Of a stretch of 64,000 bases of DNA, positions 1 to 12,817 are shown in pieces. The translations under genes and the position numbers were made by a program. The first letter of the stretch is position 1. Every line of letters begins with the position of its first letter. The notes beneath the pieces were generated by a model. It made no database searches. It saw nothing but the letters and a program-made list of their open reading frames with translations, and was not told the origin of the DNA. Source of the stretch: Gracilinanus agilis (Eukaryota); the NCBI RefSeq assembly GCF_016433145.1, contig NC_058132.1, positions 333,115,122 to 333,179,121 of the forward strand, in the 5' to 3' direction.

Positions 1-95
1 TCACTCCTTTCTCTTCTCTGGAAAGGGAGGGTAATATAGGACTCAAGTTATACAGAATTCTGGAGTTCATATGATTGTAGTTCCAGCAAAGAAAG

Positions 96-908
96 TGTTG
101 GTAATGTAAAATGGAATTCTTTATTCTTTTTTTTTTTTTTTTAATTTAACGAGGGACGTGGAAGTCCTCTTACCATAAAGATGTATAGGGATTAACCAGC
201 CCACAATGACAGGAAGTAGAAACCATAAAGACAGGAAGGAAGAACCATAGAAACAGGAAGGAGGAACCATAGAGATAGGAAGTAAGGTAGGAGAAGGTTA
301 TTAAAGGGGGCCAGTGTCAGCTGGTTGACCTGTCAGTTGCTGACAGTTAGGCCAGTCAGTTGCTGACCATTAAGACTGGCAGTTGCGGGGAAGTTGGCTG
401 CTGTGAGTGTGTTGGGTTGGTGGTTGGCATTTAGTTGCTGGAATATAAAGGCAGGCCTGAGCTTACTGAGAAGACTTTTTGACTTTAGCCTTTAGAGGAG
501 CTTTTGGGCCTTTTGAACTTTCTGGAAGATGGCTGGTCCTTGTTGACAGACCTAATTGGAGATGGATTAAACACTGATTGGATTGGTTTTGATTGGACTG
601 GATTGGGTTGGAACTTTGTGGAGTGGTTTTTATTAGAGGTAGTTATGGCAGTAATAGGTAGATATAGGAAGTTTTAGGCAGTAATTATAGGTAGTCATTG
701 GTAGTTATAGGATAACTAGTATAGGCATTAGGAAATTTTCTTTCTCTACCTCTTTCCTATATTTTTCTCCTTTACTATATTCATTTTACTATATTATTTT
801 ACTATCTCTATTTTAATTAAGCTAAATTGTTAAATTGTTAAAAGCTACTCTCTTATTTTGCCAAAACTCCTGATTTAACCCTTAAAGTAGAGACTAGGAG
901 AGAACACA
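96..908 (+). mobile_element. Probable solo LTR (ERV-type) or unclassified LTR-like repeat
   Basis: Begins TGT (96) and ends ACA (~908). It has a 22 bp tandem array (209-287), TATAAA at 444-449, then a GT-rich and a pyrimidine-rich tail, consistent with a U3-R-U5 layout. No clean 4-6 bp TSD found. Confidence 0.5.
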
Positions 909-1014
909 GTTTCCAGCAAGAAGACAAAAAACTTCCTTCTCTAAAGTCAACTCAATCCAATTCCCTAGATAGGACTTCATTAGTTTTGAGGATTGTGGAA
1001 GTCTAAAGTGTGGT

Positions 1015-1240
1015 TTCTTCCTCAGGAAGCTTATAGTCTAATTGGGGAGTCTAACAGATATCCAAATAACTCTGATAGAGAAGAGAAAATGAGAAGTTCA
1101 TAATTCGTGAGAATAATATTCCACAGGGTAGGGGGGCAGGGTGTGGATTAGGGAAATTTTCTTGGACAAGATGGTGCTGGAGATGAGTCTTGGAGGTTGG
1201 GTAGGATGTCAATTGTTGAAGTTGGAGTCGGGCATTAGCT
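1015..1240 (-). mobile_element. L2 LINE 3' fragment
   Basis: ctcaggaagcttatagtctaattgggga followed by a purine-rich tract, typical of antisense L2 3' ends. Confidence 0.55.
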
Positions 1241-1319
1241 GAGGTAAGAAGAGATCAGTTTATTCTGGGAATAGCAAGTTGTATGAGACAAGCTAGAAAT
1301 GGAAAAGGATCACATGGGA

Positions 1320-1650
1320 AAAAAGATCACTTAGCCTGAAGGAGACTTCTTGGGGACATGATTGCTATCTTCAAGTGTATGAAGAACTGTGATGTAAAAG
1401 AAAAACTAGACTTGTTCTTCTTTGCCTCAGAGGTTAGAACTGTGAACAATGAAAAGTAGGAAAAGGCTTCCTAATAATTAGAGATCTCTGAAAGTATAAT
1501 AGCCTACTTCAGGCATTCGTGGACTTCCCCATTATTTTTGGGTCATCTGTCAATAGATGGAGGGAGCTTATCAGATATGGAAAGGGAAGGTTTTTTTAGG
1601 TATAGACTGAACTAGAAGGATATCAGGATCTTTTCTGACCCTAAGAATCC
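1320..1650 (+). mobile_element. CR1/L3 LINE 3' fragment
   Basis: ggggacatgattgctatcttcaagtgtatgaag...actagacttgttc...ggcttcctaataattaga matches the recalled L3 3' ORF2/UTR. Confidence 0.7.
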
Positions 1651-2959
1651 CTTGAGAAATGGGAATATATGGAAGAAATATATAGAGGGAAATGAGTCAC
1701 TGAGCTTGGCTCATGCTTCAAATATAAGGAGGAAAATAGCATAAGGAAACAGGCAGGTTGAAGAGAGTAGACTTTATGGTAAACAAAGGAGAGTTATTGA
1801 AGCAGGAGCATGACATGATCAGAGCTTACATGAAGAAGATTAAATTGCCAACATGTCCCTCTCCCACTTTCCCTATGTATTGTCTATGTTATTTTTGGAT
1901 TTCTAAATGATCTCCCTTTTATTACTCATTTTGAAGATTCTTAAGAAGATAACTTATTTTAAAAGGAAAGAGGGGGAGAAAGCAAGTCATATAAGAAATA
2001 TATCTTTTGTTTTATGTTCCTTCTCTATTTCTATATTGGCTACTATCCTTCCTGATTGCTTTCTTTCTCTGTAACAAGTTTATGGTCAACTATTTCCCTC
2101 TAAAGATGCTTTCTTTCACTTCTTCAAAGCATTCTCTGCAGATCCTAAATCTTTTTTGCTTCCTTTTTTTCACATTTGCAGACTCCCCCAGGATCATGAC
2201 TTGATAGGGTTCCCTTACAGTTAAACTTGGTTGTGACTTACCCATAAAAAATGATAGACAGACAGAGACAGAGACAGACAGAGAAAACTCAAACTGAGTT
2301 GCTTCTCATTTATGTCAGAGTACTGGGGGATTTGCTGCATAGAGGGGGTATGAAAGAGTTTCACAAAAATTGCTCTCAGGAGAAGGACCCAGTAATAAAT
2401 GGCAAATACACTGCATCAGAGCTTGCCTCTCCACTGGCCTTCCTCTGTTTTATTGGTACTTCATTTCATATCTCTGAAGGGTCACAGAAGCACATGTTTC
2501 CTGTTTCTCCTGGTGAAAGAATCAGAGTTCCTTGCAAAAGACACCCTCCTCCCTCTTCCCACCACCCCAGTTACATTAAAGCCTCTTCCAGGAACTAAAA
2601 TATTAATGATAACCCAAAAAGATGATTCATCTGGCATCAAATGGAGATTGTCATCAAGATGAGAGAGTGTGGACTGATTTTACCCAGTATGAGATTAACA
2701 TTCTCAAAAGAAAGAGGCCTCAGAATCCTAGAAAACAAACCAATCTGCGCATACAGGCATATAGCAACTCAAGGGAAAGAAAATAGAATTTGCTGACAGT
2801 AGCTACCATGCCATATAAGAAAACTGCATAATTAAGACAACAATAACAACAAAAGTGACATCAGCAGAAACCAAATTTTTCCCTTAAAAAATATTTCCTA
2901 CTGAAAAAAGAAAAAGTTGATAGTCCAGATTTTCAAACACAGTCACAGAGGCTTGTGAA

Positions 2960-3612
2960 TGGAAGCCACCTTAGAGACTCCCTTTTGTCCAACCCATTTG
3001 TAAACTAGAAGCCTCTCTATGACATACCTGATCATCCTGCCTTTGCTTGAAAATCTTGAAAACCTCCAGAGATGAGCCTTGAAAGGAAGTCTTCCTGATT
3101 TTGAGGCCACTTGGCTATGCTTTCTCTCCATAACTTGAGTATGGCTATGTCTTTCCTAAAATGTGGTGCCAAAAGCTAAACACAACACTTTAGATGCAGC
3201 CTGAAGAGAGTGAAAAACAGTGTTAACTATTGCCTTATTGGTTCTGATTACACTCATTTCAGCCTAGGAGAATGGTAACTTTGGGGACAGCCAAGTCACA
3301 TTATTGACCAATATTGAACTGTTTAATGCACTTAAATCTCTAGACCACCCCCCCAAACATACACAGAGAGTGCCTCTATTCCATTCTGTACTCAGTTGAT
3401 TTTTAAGCCCAAATGTAGAGATGTACACTATCTCTATTAAATTTCATCTTTTTCCATTTAAGCCATCATTTTAACCTGTTGAGATCTGTCTTGGATCCAG
3501 ACTTTATCATCCAAACTGTCAGCTGTCCCTTCCAGCTTCATGTCATCCATGAATCTGACAAGTGTGCCGCCAATGCCTTCAGTCAAATCATTAATAAAAA
3601 TGCTGAATGGTA
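2960..3612 (-). mobile_element. CR1/L3 LINE, degraded reverse-transcriptase region
   Basis: Minus strand translates FSIFINDLTEGIGGTLVRFMDDMKLEG, equivalent to the CR1 RT motif LFNIFINDL...KFADDTKL, with stops downstream. Confidence 0.85.
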
Positions 3613-3764
3613 GTTTTATATCTTTTGCATTGTCAAATTAGAGATAGAGGATAGGCTCTAAGCATCCAAAAGGAATCTCTAAAGGTCCTGTTGCCTGAAG
3701 GCAGAATTTAATTTAATTTAATAGGCATTTTCTAGACACCTAATAAACCGCAGATAATAGCAGG

Positions 3765-4018
3765 TATGGAGTACAATGGAAAAAACACTGGGTGTGGAGT
3801 CAGGAAGGCCTGAGTTCACATCCAGCCTCAAACATTTAATAGCTGCAATCCTAGGCAAGTCTCAACTCGTTGGCCTCAGTTTCTTCAACTATAAAATAAG
3901 ACAATAATAGGACCTACCTCCAAGGGTTGTTGTGATAAACAAGTTAGATAATAGTTATAGAGGTCTTAGCACAGTTCCTGGAACATAGTAGATGCTTAAT
4001 GAATTGTTGTTTCCTTCT
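3765..4018 (+). mobile_element. MIR-type CORE-SINE
   Basis: tRNA-like head, core ggcctcagtttcttcaactataaaat and MIR tail cttagcacagttcctggaacatagtagatgcttaat. Confidence 0.8.
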
Positions 4019-4176
4019 TTCCTTTGCCTACTATGGGGCTAGGCACCATGCTAGATTAAAGGGAAGAAAAGGTTTCCATAAAATTTCTTCCCTGTTCTCA
4101 TAGTTTACAGACTAGCAAGATATAGAAAACTACTACAATACATAAAATAATATACCTAGATCAACAAGTTGTTGAA

Positions 4177-4420
4177 AACTAGGTGGCACAGTGAATAGAG
4201 CACTGGGCCTAAAGTCAGGAAGATCTGAGTTCAAATTTAGCCTTGGATACTAGCTGTTTGACCCTAGGCAAATAATTTAACCCTTTTAACCTCAGGTTAC
4301 TCATCTTTAAAATGATTTGGAGAAGGAAATAGCAAACTACACCAGAGTCTTTGCCAAGAAGATCCCAAATGGAGTCACCAAGAGTCAGACACAACTGAAA
4401 CAACTGAACAACAAACAAAA
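4177..4420 (+). mobile_element. Mar1-type marsupial CORE-SINE (RTE-derived tail)
   Basis: Head aggtggcacagtgaatagagc, CORE, and tail ggagaaggaaatagcaaactac...ttgccaagaa...gagtcagacacaactgaa. Confidence 0.85.
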
Positions 4421-7039
4421 AATTAGCAAGTTGCAAAAAAAGAAATATTACTGAAAATCCAAAACAGATTCATTGAATGGAGCCACTAATTGGTGGTTAT
4501 TCCAAAGTATTGCCCTTAACTTGTTCCTAGCATCCAGACAATCATTTTCCCTGTAATCCTTGCCCAGTGTACCCTCTGTATGAGCTACCATTACCATCAA
4601 TAATATCACAAAAACTCCAGGCATGAATAAAGACAACTAGCTTGTCTCTTTAACATTCATAGTGCATAGAAATTGCCAAACCTCTGTGATGACTGCATCT
4701 CAATCCTGCTATACTCCCACAAGGCTGTACTTTGAGCTAACTGGACAGCTCTGAAAAAGAAGTAGGTTGACCAACATGATCTTTACCTCTACTCTATTTT
4801 ATTTCTACTAGTTTGGCTCTTGAGAGAGCTATTGTTGTTTTTTTTCTTGAGACATGGAAAGTCAAAAACCTCCCCAATGCATCCTAACCCACAGAGTTCA
4901 CTGGGTTAGTTGCTAAATAAAGAGATGCTTCAAAAACAGACTTAGTTCTCTGCCTTCCTATCCCAGGACACCTCTCCACTTTGTGTTCATCGGCCATGGC
5001 TGCTGTTGCCATAACCATCAACCACTTGTCTTCTCTCATGATAATTTCCCTCCCCTTCTCTTTGGCCCAAACCATTGACTAAATCGACTCCTTTATTTTT
5101 CAGGTTATGAAATGTGTCCAACTTCCAGGGCCCCTTGGGGCCCATAAGCCTAATAAAAATTAGAAAACAGCAAAGCTATAAATAAATAATGGCCTCTTCT
5201 TGTTAGGTACTGAGATGTAGTAATTACCCAGCTCCACTAAGATTCCCTGAGCTGCCACTGGTTTAAGAGGTCATTACATGATATTGTTTTAGTAACTGGG
5301 TATTTCTATGGTCTCCCTTTAGAATGTTTTTTTTCTTTCTCTAAGTCTCTTGTTACATTATTAAGTTGTGCCCTTTTTCATTGTGCTGTAGCCTCTCATT
5401 AAGCACTTAGTCTCTCTCCTCACAGGAAACCAAAGAGAAGAGTCAATTATTATCTTACTCATTTTACATTAAGGAGAACAGAAACCTAGAGAAGCCAAGT
5501 CATTTGCCTTAGGTCATATAATCAGCCCAGATGGATCAGGTCATAAGAAATAAACTTGCAGCTTTCCTTAAGCTAATTTCAGGTGTTCTGGGTTTTTCTT
5601 GATCCATCAGTTGAACATTCATTCACACAAAAAGAATACAAGGAGCCAGAAATTTCCATTTACCACAAACCTTGGGTCTCAAACTTGGCCTGATTCTCTG
5701 AGTCACTCTGACTCTGGGTTCACATGTCACCAGCTCTCCGTAAATTAGCCTATTCAAGCTTTTGGACCCATACTAGATGGCTGTTGCTAACAGGGGCCAC
5801 GCCACTTATGTCCTGAGACAGACAAAAAGAAGGGTAGCCTTTTGGCAAATGCATCAATAGAGGATAAATATAGCCTGAGCACTTTCAAATGGACCAATAA
5901 AGAGTAGATTAGACAGGAGTTAGTGAAATTTCTGAGGTCATACCCATGGATTCATTAGTGATTCTGGTTATTCTAATCTATGTGGCAATATCCTTCTTTT
6001 ATGCTCTACAGAAAGTGGGCTTTTCAACCTTTCTGAACAACACAGCAATTCAGCAGCAAAATCAAGTCTAAAATCTAGCCAACTTGAGGAATGATGTTTT
6101 GTTACTGTAGGATTTCCCCACAGATTTCATTCAACAAATATTTACTAAGTCCATTCAACATAAGGTGCTTAGTTTCTGAAGATACAAAAATGAATTCCAA
6201 TGAAGTTCCTGCCTTCCAAGAACTTGTAATGAGGTCTCAGAACAAGCCACCCTGATTTTGGAGAGGCTCAGAAACAAAATTATGGCCACCAAATGATTAT
6301 TATTAGTCAAAAAACAAGGCCAACTATTAAGGTATGGAGTACTAGAGACATCTGAGGGTAGAGGAGGTATCCATACCATAGAAACTGTACTACATACCAA
6401 GATAGGAATTATGTTCATTGATTGATTCTTTTCAGATCATGAACCAAGCTCCATAGTAAATAATGTGCTCCAACTCATCAAGGGGTCCTTTCTTACTTCA
6501 AAGCCCGACTCTTTTGTAAATCCTCTCCTGGAATTTCAGAAATTGTAGAATCACTCCTCAACCAGGTACAAAAAGCATAAAAGATTATAATTATAGACTG
6601 TTGATTATGGAGGAGATCTTAGAGACACTATCCCGTCCAACAATCACATTTTACAGATGAAGCAACTGAGTGACAGAGAAACAAAGCGGCTTCCCTCAAT
6701 TACACAGCTAAAAAGTGGAAGAGTAGAATCTCAACTCAAGTCTTGTGACTCCAAATTCAGCATTCTTATGAGTTAACTATACATCTACTTCCCTGACCCA
6801 AATTATACTTCTTCTGACTTAAAAATATAAAAATTGCTATAGTCAGCGATTAATTAATTAATAGGTCTTGTACTTACTTAGTAGGTTGTTCATTTATTCT
6901 TAGATGTTTTATCTAAAATTGGTATAAGGCCTTCTGTTCTAAGCAATAAGACCACTTTCATTGATTTGACTGATAAGAATCACACTTCTCCATTTAAACG
7001 TGATATAAATGAATGCCCATTTATTTATCTTTTTAAAAG

Positions 7040-7230
7040 TCTCAAATCTGGCCTCAGATACTTACTAGCTATATGACACTGGGCAAGTTACCTAAACTTT
7101 TTTGACTTAGTATCATCATATTAAAAATTAGTTCAAGAAGGAAATAGCAAACCACTCTAATATCTTTGCCAATAAAACCCCAAATGGGGTCATGAAGAGT
7201 CAGACATGATTATAACAATAATGACAAAAC
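7040..7230 (+). mobile_element. Mar1-type SINE, 5'-truncated
   Basis: CORE plus aaggaaatagcaaaccactctaatatctttgcc...gagtcagacatga tail. Confidence 0.8.
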
Positions 7231-7269
7231 CATAAATATGAAAAAAAATTGTAGAAAGTACAAATATGG

Positions 7270-7710
7270 GCAAATATGATGATGAAGTGGTTTAAAACTT
7301 TGCCACATGAGCATTGATTGAAAGAACTTAGAATGTTTAATCTACAGAAAAGAAGACTGGGGTCAAAGAGCTGGGAATGACAGTCTACAAATAAAAGGAT
7401 TACCATGTGGAAGAAGATTTGAAATTGTTCAACCAGGAACCATATTGCAGAACTAGAAACCCGGGGTGCAAATTATTAGGAAGCAGATTTCGACTGAAAA
7501 TAAGGGGGGGGGAAGAAAACTTCCTAATAATGAGGACTATAAAAAATAATATGGGAGCCTTCAAGGGGTAGTCAATTCACCTTCACATGAGGTGCTTAAC
7601 CTTAGATTGGATAAGCACTTATTGAGGATATAGCAGATAGGATTTGTGATTTGGGTAAGGATTAGACTGGATTAATTCTGAGTATTTTACAACTCTAAGG
7701 CTCTATATTC
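7270..7710 (+). mobile_element. CR1/L3 LINE 3' fragment
   Basis: gaaagaacttagaatgtttaatctacagaaaagaagact...ggaagcagatttcgact...ttcctaataatgag. Confidence 0.75.
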
Positions 7711-7989
7711 CATTTCAATTAAATTCCACAAACACAATAATAATAATAGTAGCAGTAACTGCAGCATCAGAAGGAGCTAGCATTTATATAGCATTTTAAG
7801 GTTTGAAGAATAATTTATATATACTATCTCCATTTGAACCTCACAATAACACTGGGAAATAATATGATGGTATTATTCTCATTTTACAACTAGGAAAAGT
7901 TAAATGCATTATCCAAGGTCACACAGCTAGTAAATATTGGAGGCAGGATTTAAACCAAGTCCATGGCTCTATCTACTAAGATAACTAGA

Positions 7990-8660
7990 TACTAAGCAAG
8001 CATTTAAGAGGCTTTTAACTTTTCTAGGCTCTTGAGATAATAAATACAGAAATGTCAACAATCCTTGCCCTCAGGGAGCTTACATTATATAGGGATTAGG
8101 GATAGATAACTTGTACACAAATAAATACAAAATGTACATTGAGTAAATTCAACATAATTTCAGAAGGAATCAGAAAATACATTGTATAGAAACTGGCAAT
8201 TGAGTTAGGTCTTAAGTGGTACCAGGGGATTCTAAGATGTAGAGATGAGGAGGAAGAGAACATTCCACCTATGGTGGCAAGAGATAGAATGGTGGATGGG
8301 TAGAATGGCAAGTAAGCCAGTTTGGCCACAATTTAAAGGATAATCTGGAAAGGTAGGCAGGAGGTTATTGTGATTAGTTTTAAATTCCAAATAAAGATGT
8401 GTGTAGTTTATCCTAGAGGCAATAAAGAATCATTGAAGTGTCTGGTTCAGTAACAAGGTCAGATGGAAACTGTAGGATTATCAATTTAGTAGCTGTATGG
8501 AGGTCATGGCTGTAGAGGGAGTGCAAAGGACCAAATAGGAGCTGATGCAACAGTGAGGATGAAAATTAATAAGGGACAGAATTAGGGCAGTAGCTGTATG
8601 CCTGGAATGAAGGGGACAGAAGTGAGATATGTTCTAATTCTATTGCTTTGCTATTGCCTT
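7990..8660 (-). mobile_element. L2 LINE fragment
   Basis: atccttgccctcagggagcttacatt then the purine-rich antisense L2 pattern (gttaggtcttaag...gatctggaaaggtagg). Confidence 0.65.
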
Positions 8661-8809
8661 TGTTTGGATTCTTTGTATTCACCAATTTCTAGACGGTGGG
8701 ATTCAGCCTTAGCTCTCTTCCACCTTTACACTCTCCCTGAGTATGTATGCAACGTATGTTGCAGTAGTTTCTGTTTTCATTGCTAGGTGAAGATGATTCT
8801 TAATTTTTT

Positions 8810-9960
8810 TTTAAATCTCTAGCCCTGATCTCTGCAAACCTCTCTACCTTAGTAATAATTGCCTATCAGACACCTCCACCTGGATGTATCACTGGTATCT
8901 CAGATTCAACATGCCCCAAATCAAATTCACCTTCTATTCAAAGTAACTTCCTCTGAATCTTCTTATTTTTATCAATGGTGTTTCTATTCTCTTAGAATCA
9001 AAACTTTTGAGTCATCTTTGATTGTTCTCTCTCTCTCATTCTACCTGCTGCACATCCAATCCATCACCAAGTCATGTCAGTTCTTAAACTGTCACTCAGT
9101 TGCCTCTCATTCTTTACAATTCTAATGATACCACCCTCATTTAGATTCTCATGACCTCTCACTTAAATTCTTCCAATGGCTCACTAACTAGGCTCACTCC
9201 CTCTAGCTTCTCCTCAATTCAATCAACCTGTACACTTCCACCAAATTAGTCTTCCTAAATCACATCTTGATCACATCAGTCCCCTAATTAAAAGCCTTCA
9301 ATGAGCTATTAAATAATGTCCAAACTCCTAAGCCTGCATGTAGTCTGGTCCAAATTATTTCTCTAGCTTTATCACATTATCATCTCTGGACACATATCAC
9401 ATAACACCAGTGGTTCCCAAACTTTTTTGGCCTACCACCCCCTTTCCAGAAAAAATATTACTTAGCCCCCTGGAAATGAATTTTTTAAAAAATTTTAATA
9501 GCAATTAATAGGAAAGATAAATACACCAGTGGCCAGCACCACTCCTCCTGGATTGCTGCAGCACCCACCAGGGGGCGGTAGCGCCCACTTTGGGAATCAC
9601 TGCTATACAGCAATCTCAGAATATGGTTTGCATGTTCCTGCCTTTAGTTCTTTGCTCAAACTCTCTCTCCTCACTTGGTATGCTCTCCTTATTATGATTT
9701 CAACCTGTCAAGGTCTTATCCAGTTTTCATGGATATAGATCCATTTCATGAATTTAGAATTCCAGTTCTAGCAATCTGAATTTCTCTTGGGCATATTTAC
9801 CACATGATCTTTTGTATTATAATTATATAAATTACACATTTTTAACTCCACTATTAGAGTGTAAGCTCCTTGAAGAAAAGGGCCCATATTTTTTTTTCTT
9901 TGTGTGTATCTCCCAGTACCTAGCACAGAGCAAGTCATCAATAAATATTTCATAAATGAG
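8810..9960 (+). mobile_element. L2 LINE 3' region, interrupted by a hAT MITE
   Basis: acacctccacctggatgtatc...ctcagattcaacatgcccca and the tail gtgtaagctccttgaag...cccagtacctagcacag...ataaatatt; split at 9408-9602. Confidence 0.8.
9408..9602 (+). mobile_element. hAT (Charlie-type) MITE, ~195 bp family, copy 1
   Basis: TIRs cagtggttcccaaact / actttgggaatcactg; homologous copies at 42450-42642 and 52877-53066. Confidence 0.9.
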
Positions 9961-10444
9961 TTGCCCCTTGTTTTTTTTTTACTCAGCCAAGAGTGTTTAG
10001 CTTTCTCATGACCTGTCATTCTTAGTCTCTTCACTAGAGAAAGAAAACATTCTTTGGATTAATATGGAAATTAAAAGGAAGGGATTATAGGTGCCTATTG
10101 TTTCTCCATATTTAATATTTTAATCACAAAAAAGATCTTCTTTATTTGACTACCTCTATTAGACTTAGCAGATTTCCTTTTGAGTCCAGAGCCTATGATA
10201 TAATTAATTTATAGAGAATTATTTCCAAATAACTATCACCTTTAAGGAGTCAAAAGTTATATAGTCTCAAATTTGGAAGAGATGTGAGAAAACACTTAAT
10301 CTAGCCTACCCATTTTATAGATGAAGAAATGGAGGTCTAAGTAACTTGCCCAAATGATAGATAAAATTCCTGTTTTCTTGTCCTGTTATCTCTCCTGCAT
10401 TAAGCCTGCTTCTGCTCCATCTGCTCTCCTTAAAAAACTAAGAG

Positions 10445-10590
10445 TTAAGGACAGAGGATAGAGAGCCAGACCTGGAGACAGGAGGTCTGGGGTTTCAAAT
10501 CTGGTCTCAGATTTGCCAGGTGACTCCAGGCAAAACACTTAACCCTAATCACCTAGTTTTTACCACTCTTCTCCTGAGCAAACCTAAGGA
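10445..10590 (+). mobile_element. Opossum-type CORE-SINE fragment
   Basis: gatagagagccagacctggagacaggaggtctggggtttcaaatctgg...taccactcttct. Confidence 0.75.
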
Positions 10591-10600
10591 CCTTCTAGAG

Positions 10601-10804
10601 AATCGAAGGGCAAACTTTTTAAAGAGGGGGCCAAAGGAAAGGAAATGCTCATCTTTCCGTCTGTTTCTAAGGCAACTCTTTCGAAGTTTCATCGTATTGT
10701 ATCCTATTCATTGTATTTGTCAGATTAGGAATAATGTTGTGCAGTGGAATAGAACAATTCAGGGGGCTGCTCCTGGCCCGCAGGCTGTAGTTTGCCCATC
10801 ACTG
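10601..10804 (-). mobile_element. hAT (Charlie-type) MITE, ~204 bp
   Basis: Right end gtagtttgcccatcactg and degraded left end aatcgaagggcaaact; 8 bp TSD ttctagag (10593-10600) / ttctagac (10805-10812). Confidence 0.85.
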
Positions 10805-11474
10805 TTCTAGACTAATAATGTGTTATTTTAAGAGATGATTTATAAGATTGCAAAGGTTTTTTTTTTAATTAAATCACCTTAAAATTTAGAAACATATTTT
10901 ACAGGAGACCTTGTTTTCCTTAAAATCCATTCAGTTAAAAACAAGTAATTATTGAGTACATGATACTTAGCATTAGTAGTACTCAAAAGAAAGGCAGAAC
11001 TTGAGCCTAACCCTGCAGAAATTTGCAAACTTGTTGAATAAATAATATATCCCTGTATAAAATAGCTAAACAGAAAAAAAAATTATCATTAAGGTAGTGT
11101 GTAATTAAATGGTGCCTCTTCAGGCAGAAGTCCACTGTTTCAAAATCTCTATGTGGGAATGGGACCTCCTGAGCAAGACCTCCCTGTCTGGAAATGAGAT
11201 TCCCACCCATCCTAGCTGAGGACTGAGCATACACCAATTTAAGCATGCCTTCTACTTTTATACCCTCAAACCACAGAATTAACATAATCATTCTACATCT
11301 ACTGATTAGATACAAACATTGACATACAATTTCTTCATAATTACAAAATACCCTACTGATTAGATAGCTTATGCATACTACAACAACTCCAGCATAGCTT
11401 TGCTCTTGCATATTTTTTCTTCCAAAGATCAGCATGAACTAACCCATTGTACAAACGGAATGTGTTCTTAATTT

Positions 11475-11720
11475 GGGCGGCTAGGTGGCACCGGTGGTAA
11501 AATGCTGGGGCTGAGTCAGGAAGACTCCTCTTCATGAGTTCAAATCCAATCTCAGACGCTGACTAGTTGTGAGACCCTGAGTAAGTCACTTCACCCTGTT
11601 TGCCTCAGTTTCCTCATTTGTAAAATGAGCTGGAGAAGGAAATAGCAAACCACTCCAGTATCTGGACCAAGAAAACCCTAAATGGAGTTATGAAGAGTCA
11701 GACACAACTGAACAACAACT
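11475..11720 (+). mobile_element. Mar1-type SINE, full length
   Basis: gggcggctaggtggcacc head, CORE and RTE tail ending gacacaactgaacaacaac. Confidence 0.9.
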
Positions 11721-12271
11721 TGTTCTTACCAGTGTCTTCATTCTCACACCCTGAGCCTTATCATGTGCTTCCTTTGCCCTTGACTGATGCTTCTTCTCCT
11801 TCCAGAATCCTAATCACTATTATCTTACTTGACTGATTCCTGGACTTGCCATCTCCTCCACTGCTGAACTCTTAGGACTTGTGCCCTGAGCATGAGTCCA
11901 TGAAAATAAGAACTGTCTTAATTTTTTTCTATTTGTATCCTTTGTATTTAGCATAGCACTTGGCAAACATCAAGCATTTAATACATACTTTTGTTCTCCA
12001 ATTTCTCATTTCTTCTTCAATATTGTTGGACGCTTCTGGAGGAAGTAATGCAACCGTACTAACTGAGCTCATTACAAATTTATATTATCTAATCTCAATT
12101 AGGTCCTTATTACTGCATGATGAGCCTATTTTATCTTGGCTAGTTTCCTCTAGTATTTTCCATAGTGGCTAATGTAAACCTTTTCTCCTTTAACCTCTTA
12201 CACAGGTTTCCCCTGTTCTCTCTTAGCAGAAGACTTTGGCTTTTACTTTACGGGGAAAACAGAAGCCATCT

Positions 12272-12473
12272 TTTTTTTTTTTTTTTTAAATAAATCCTTA
12301 TCTTCTGTATTAGAATCTCTATTATCAGTTAGTTCCAAGGCAGAAGAGCAGTAAGGGCTAAGCAATTGTGGGTAAGTGATCACACAGGTAGGAAGTATCT
12401 GAGGCCAGATTTGAACCAGTGAACTTCTGTCTCTAGGTTTGTCTCTCTAACATTGAGCAACCTAGCTGCACCT
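12272..12473 (-). mobile_element. Opossum CORE-SINE with poly(T) and approximate TSD
   Basis: Poly(T) at 12272, antisense SINE body, flanks gaagccatct / gaggccatct. Confidence 0.85.
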
Positions 12474-12527
12474 GAGGCCATCTATTTTTAGTGACCTCTC
12501 ACATCTCTCATCCTCCTTTGTTCTTGT

Positions 12528-12817
12528 CAAAGGATTCTTAATCTCTAATTATGCCATGGAGCCCTTTGGCAGCCTGACAAAGCCTATGGACCCCTTCTCA
12601 GAAATCATGTTAAATGTATAAAATAAAATTCTATTTGACTATATTTTTATATTTCATTATTGATATTCATATTATATTTGTATTATAATATAAATATGCT
12701 AGTATTTATATTATATTTTTATTATAAATGCATAGCACAAAGGAAATTAATTATGCTGAGAGAGTTATCAAAATATGTTTTAAAATAGGTTCATGGAGTC
12801 AAGATTAGGAATCCTTA
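12528..12817 (+). mobile_element. Old hAT-Charlie MER-type MITE
   Basis: Degraded TIRs caaaggattcttaatct / aagattaggaatcctta; internal gccatggagccctttggcagcc...aagcctatggaccccttctcag. Confidence 0.7.

Noticed and set aside
209-287. 22 bp repeats as a CRISPR-like array
   Set aside because: Head-to-tail tandem units with no unique spacers, in a eukaryotic LTR-like context.
6435-6565. Open exon-like segment (DHEPSSIVNNVLQLIKG...) between AG and GT
   Set aside because: No recognisable homology, weak donor, and no partner exons.
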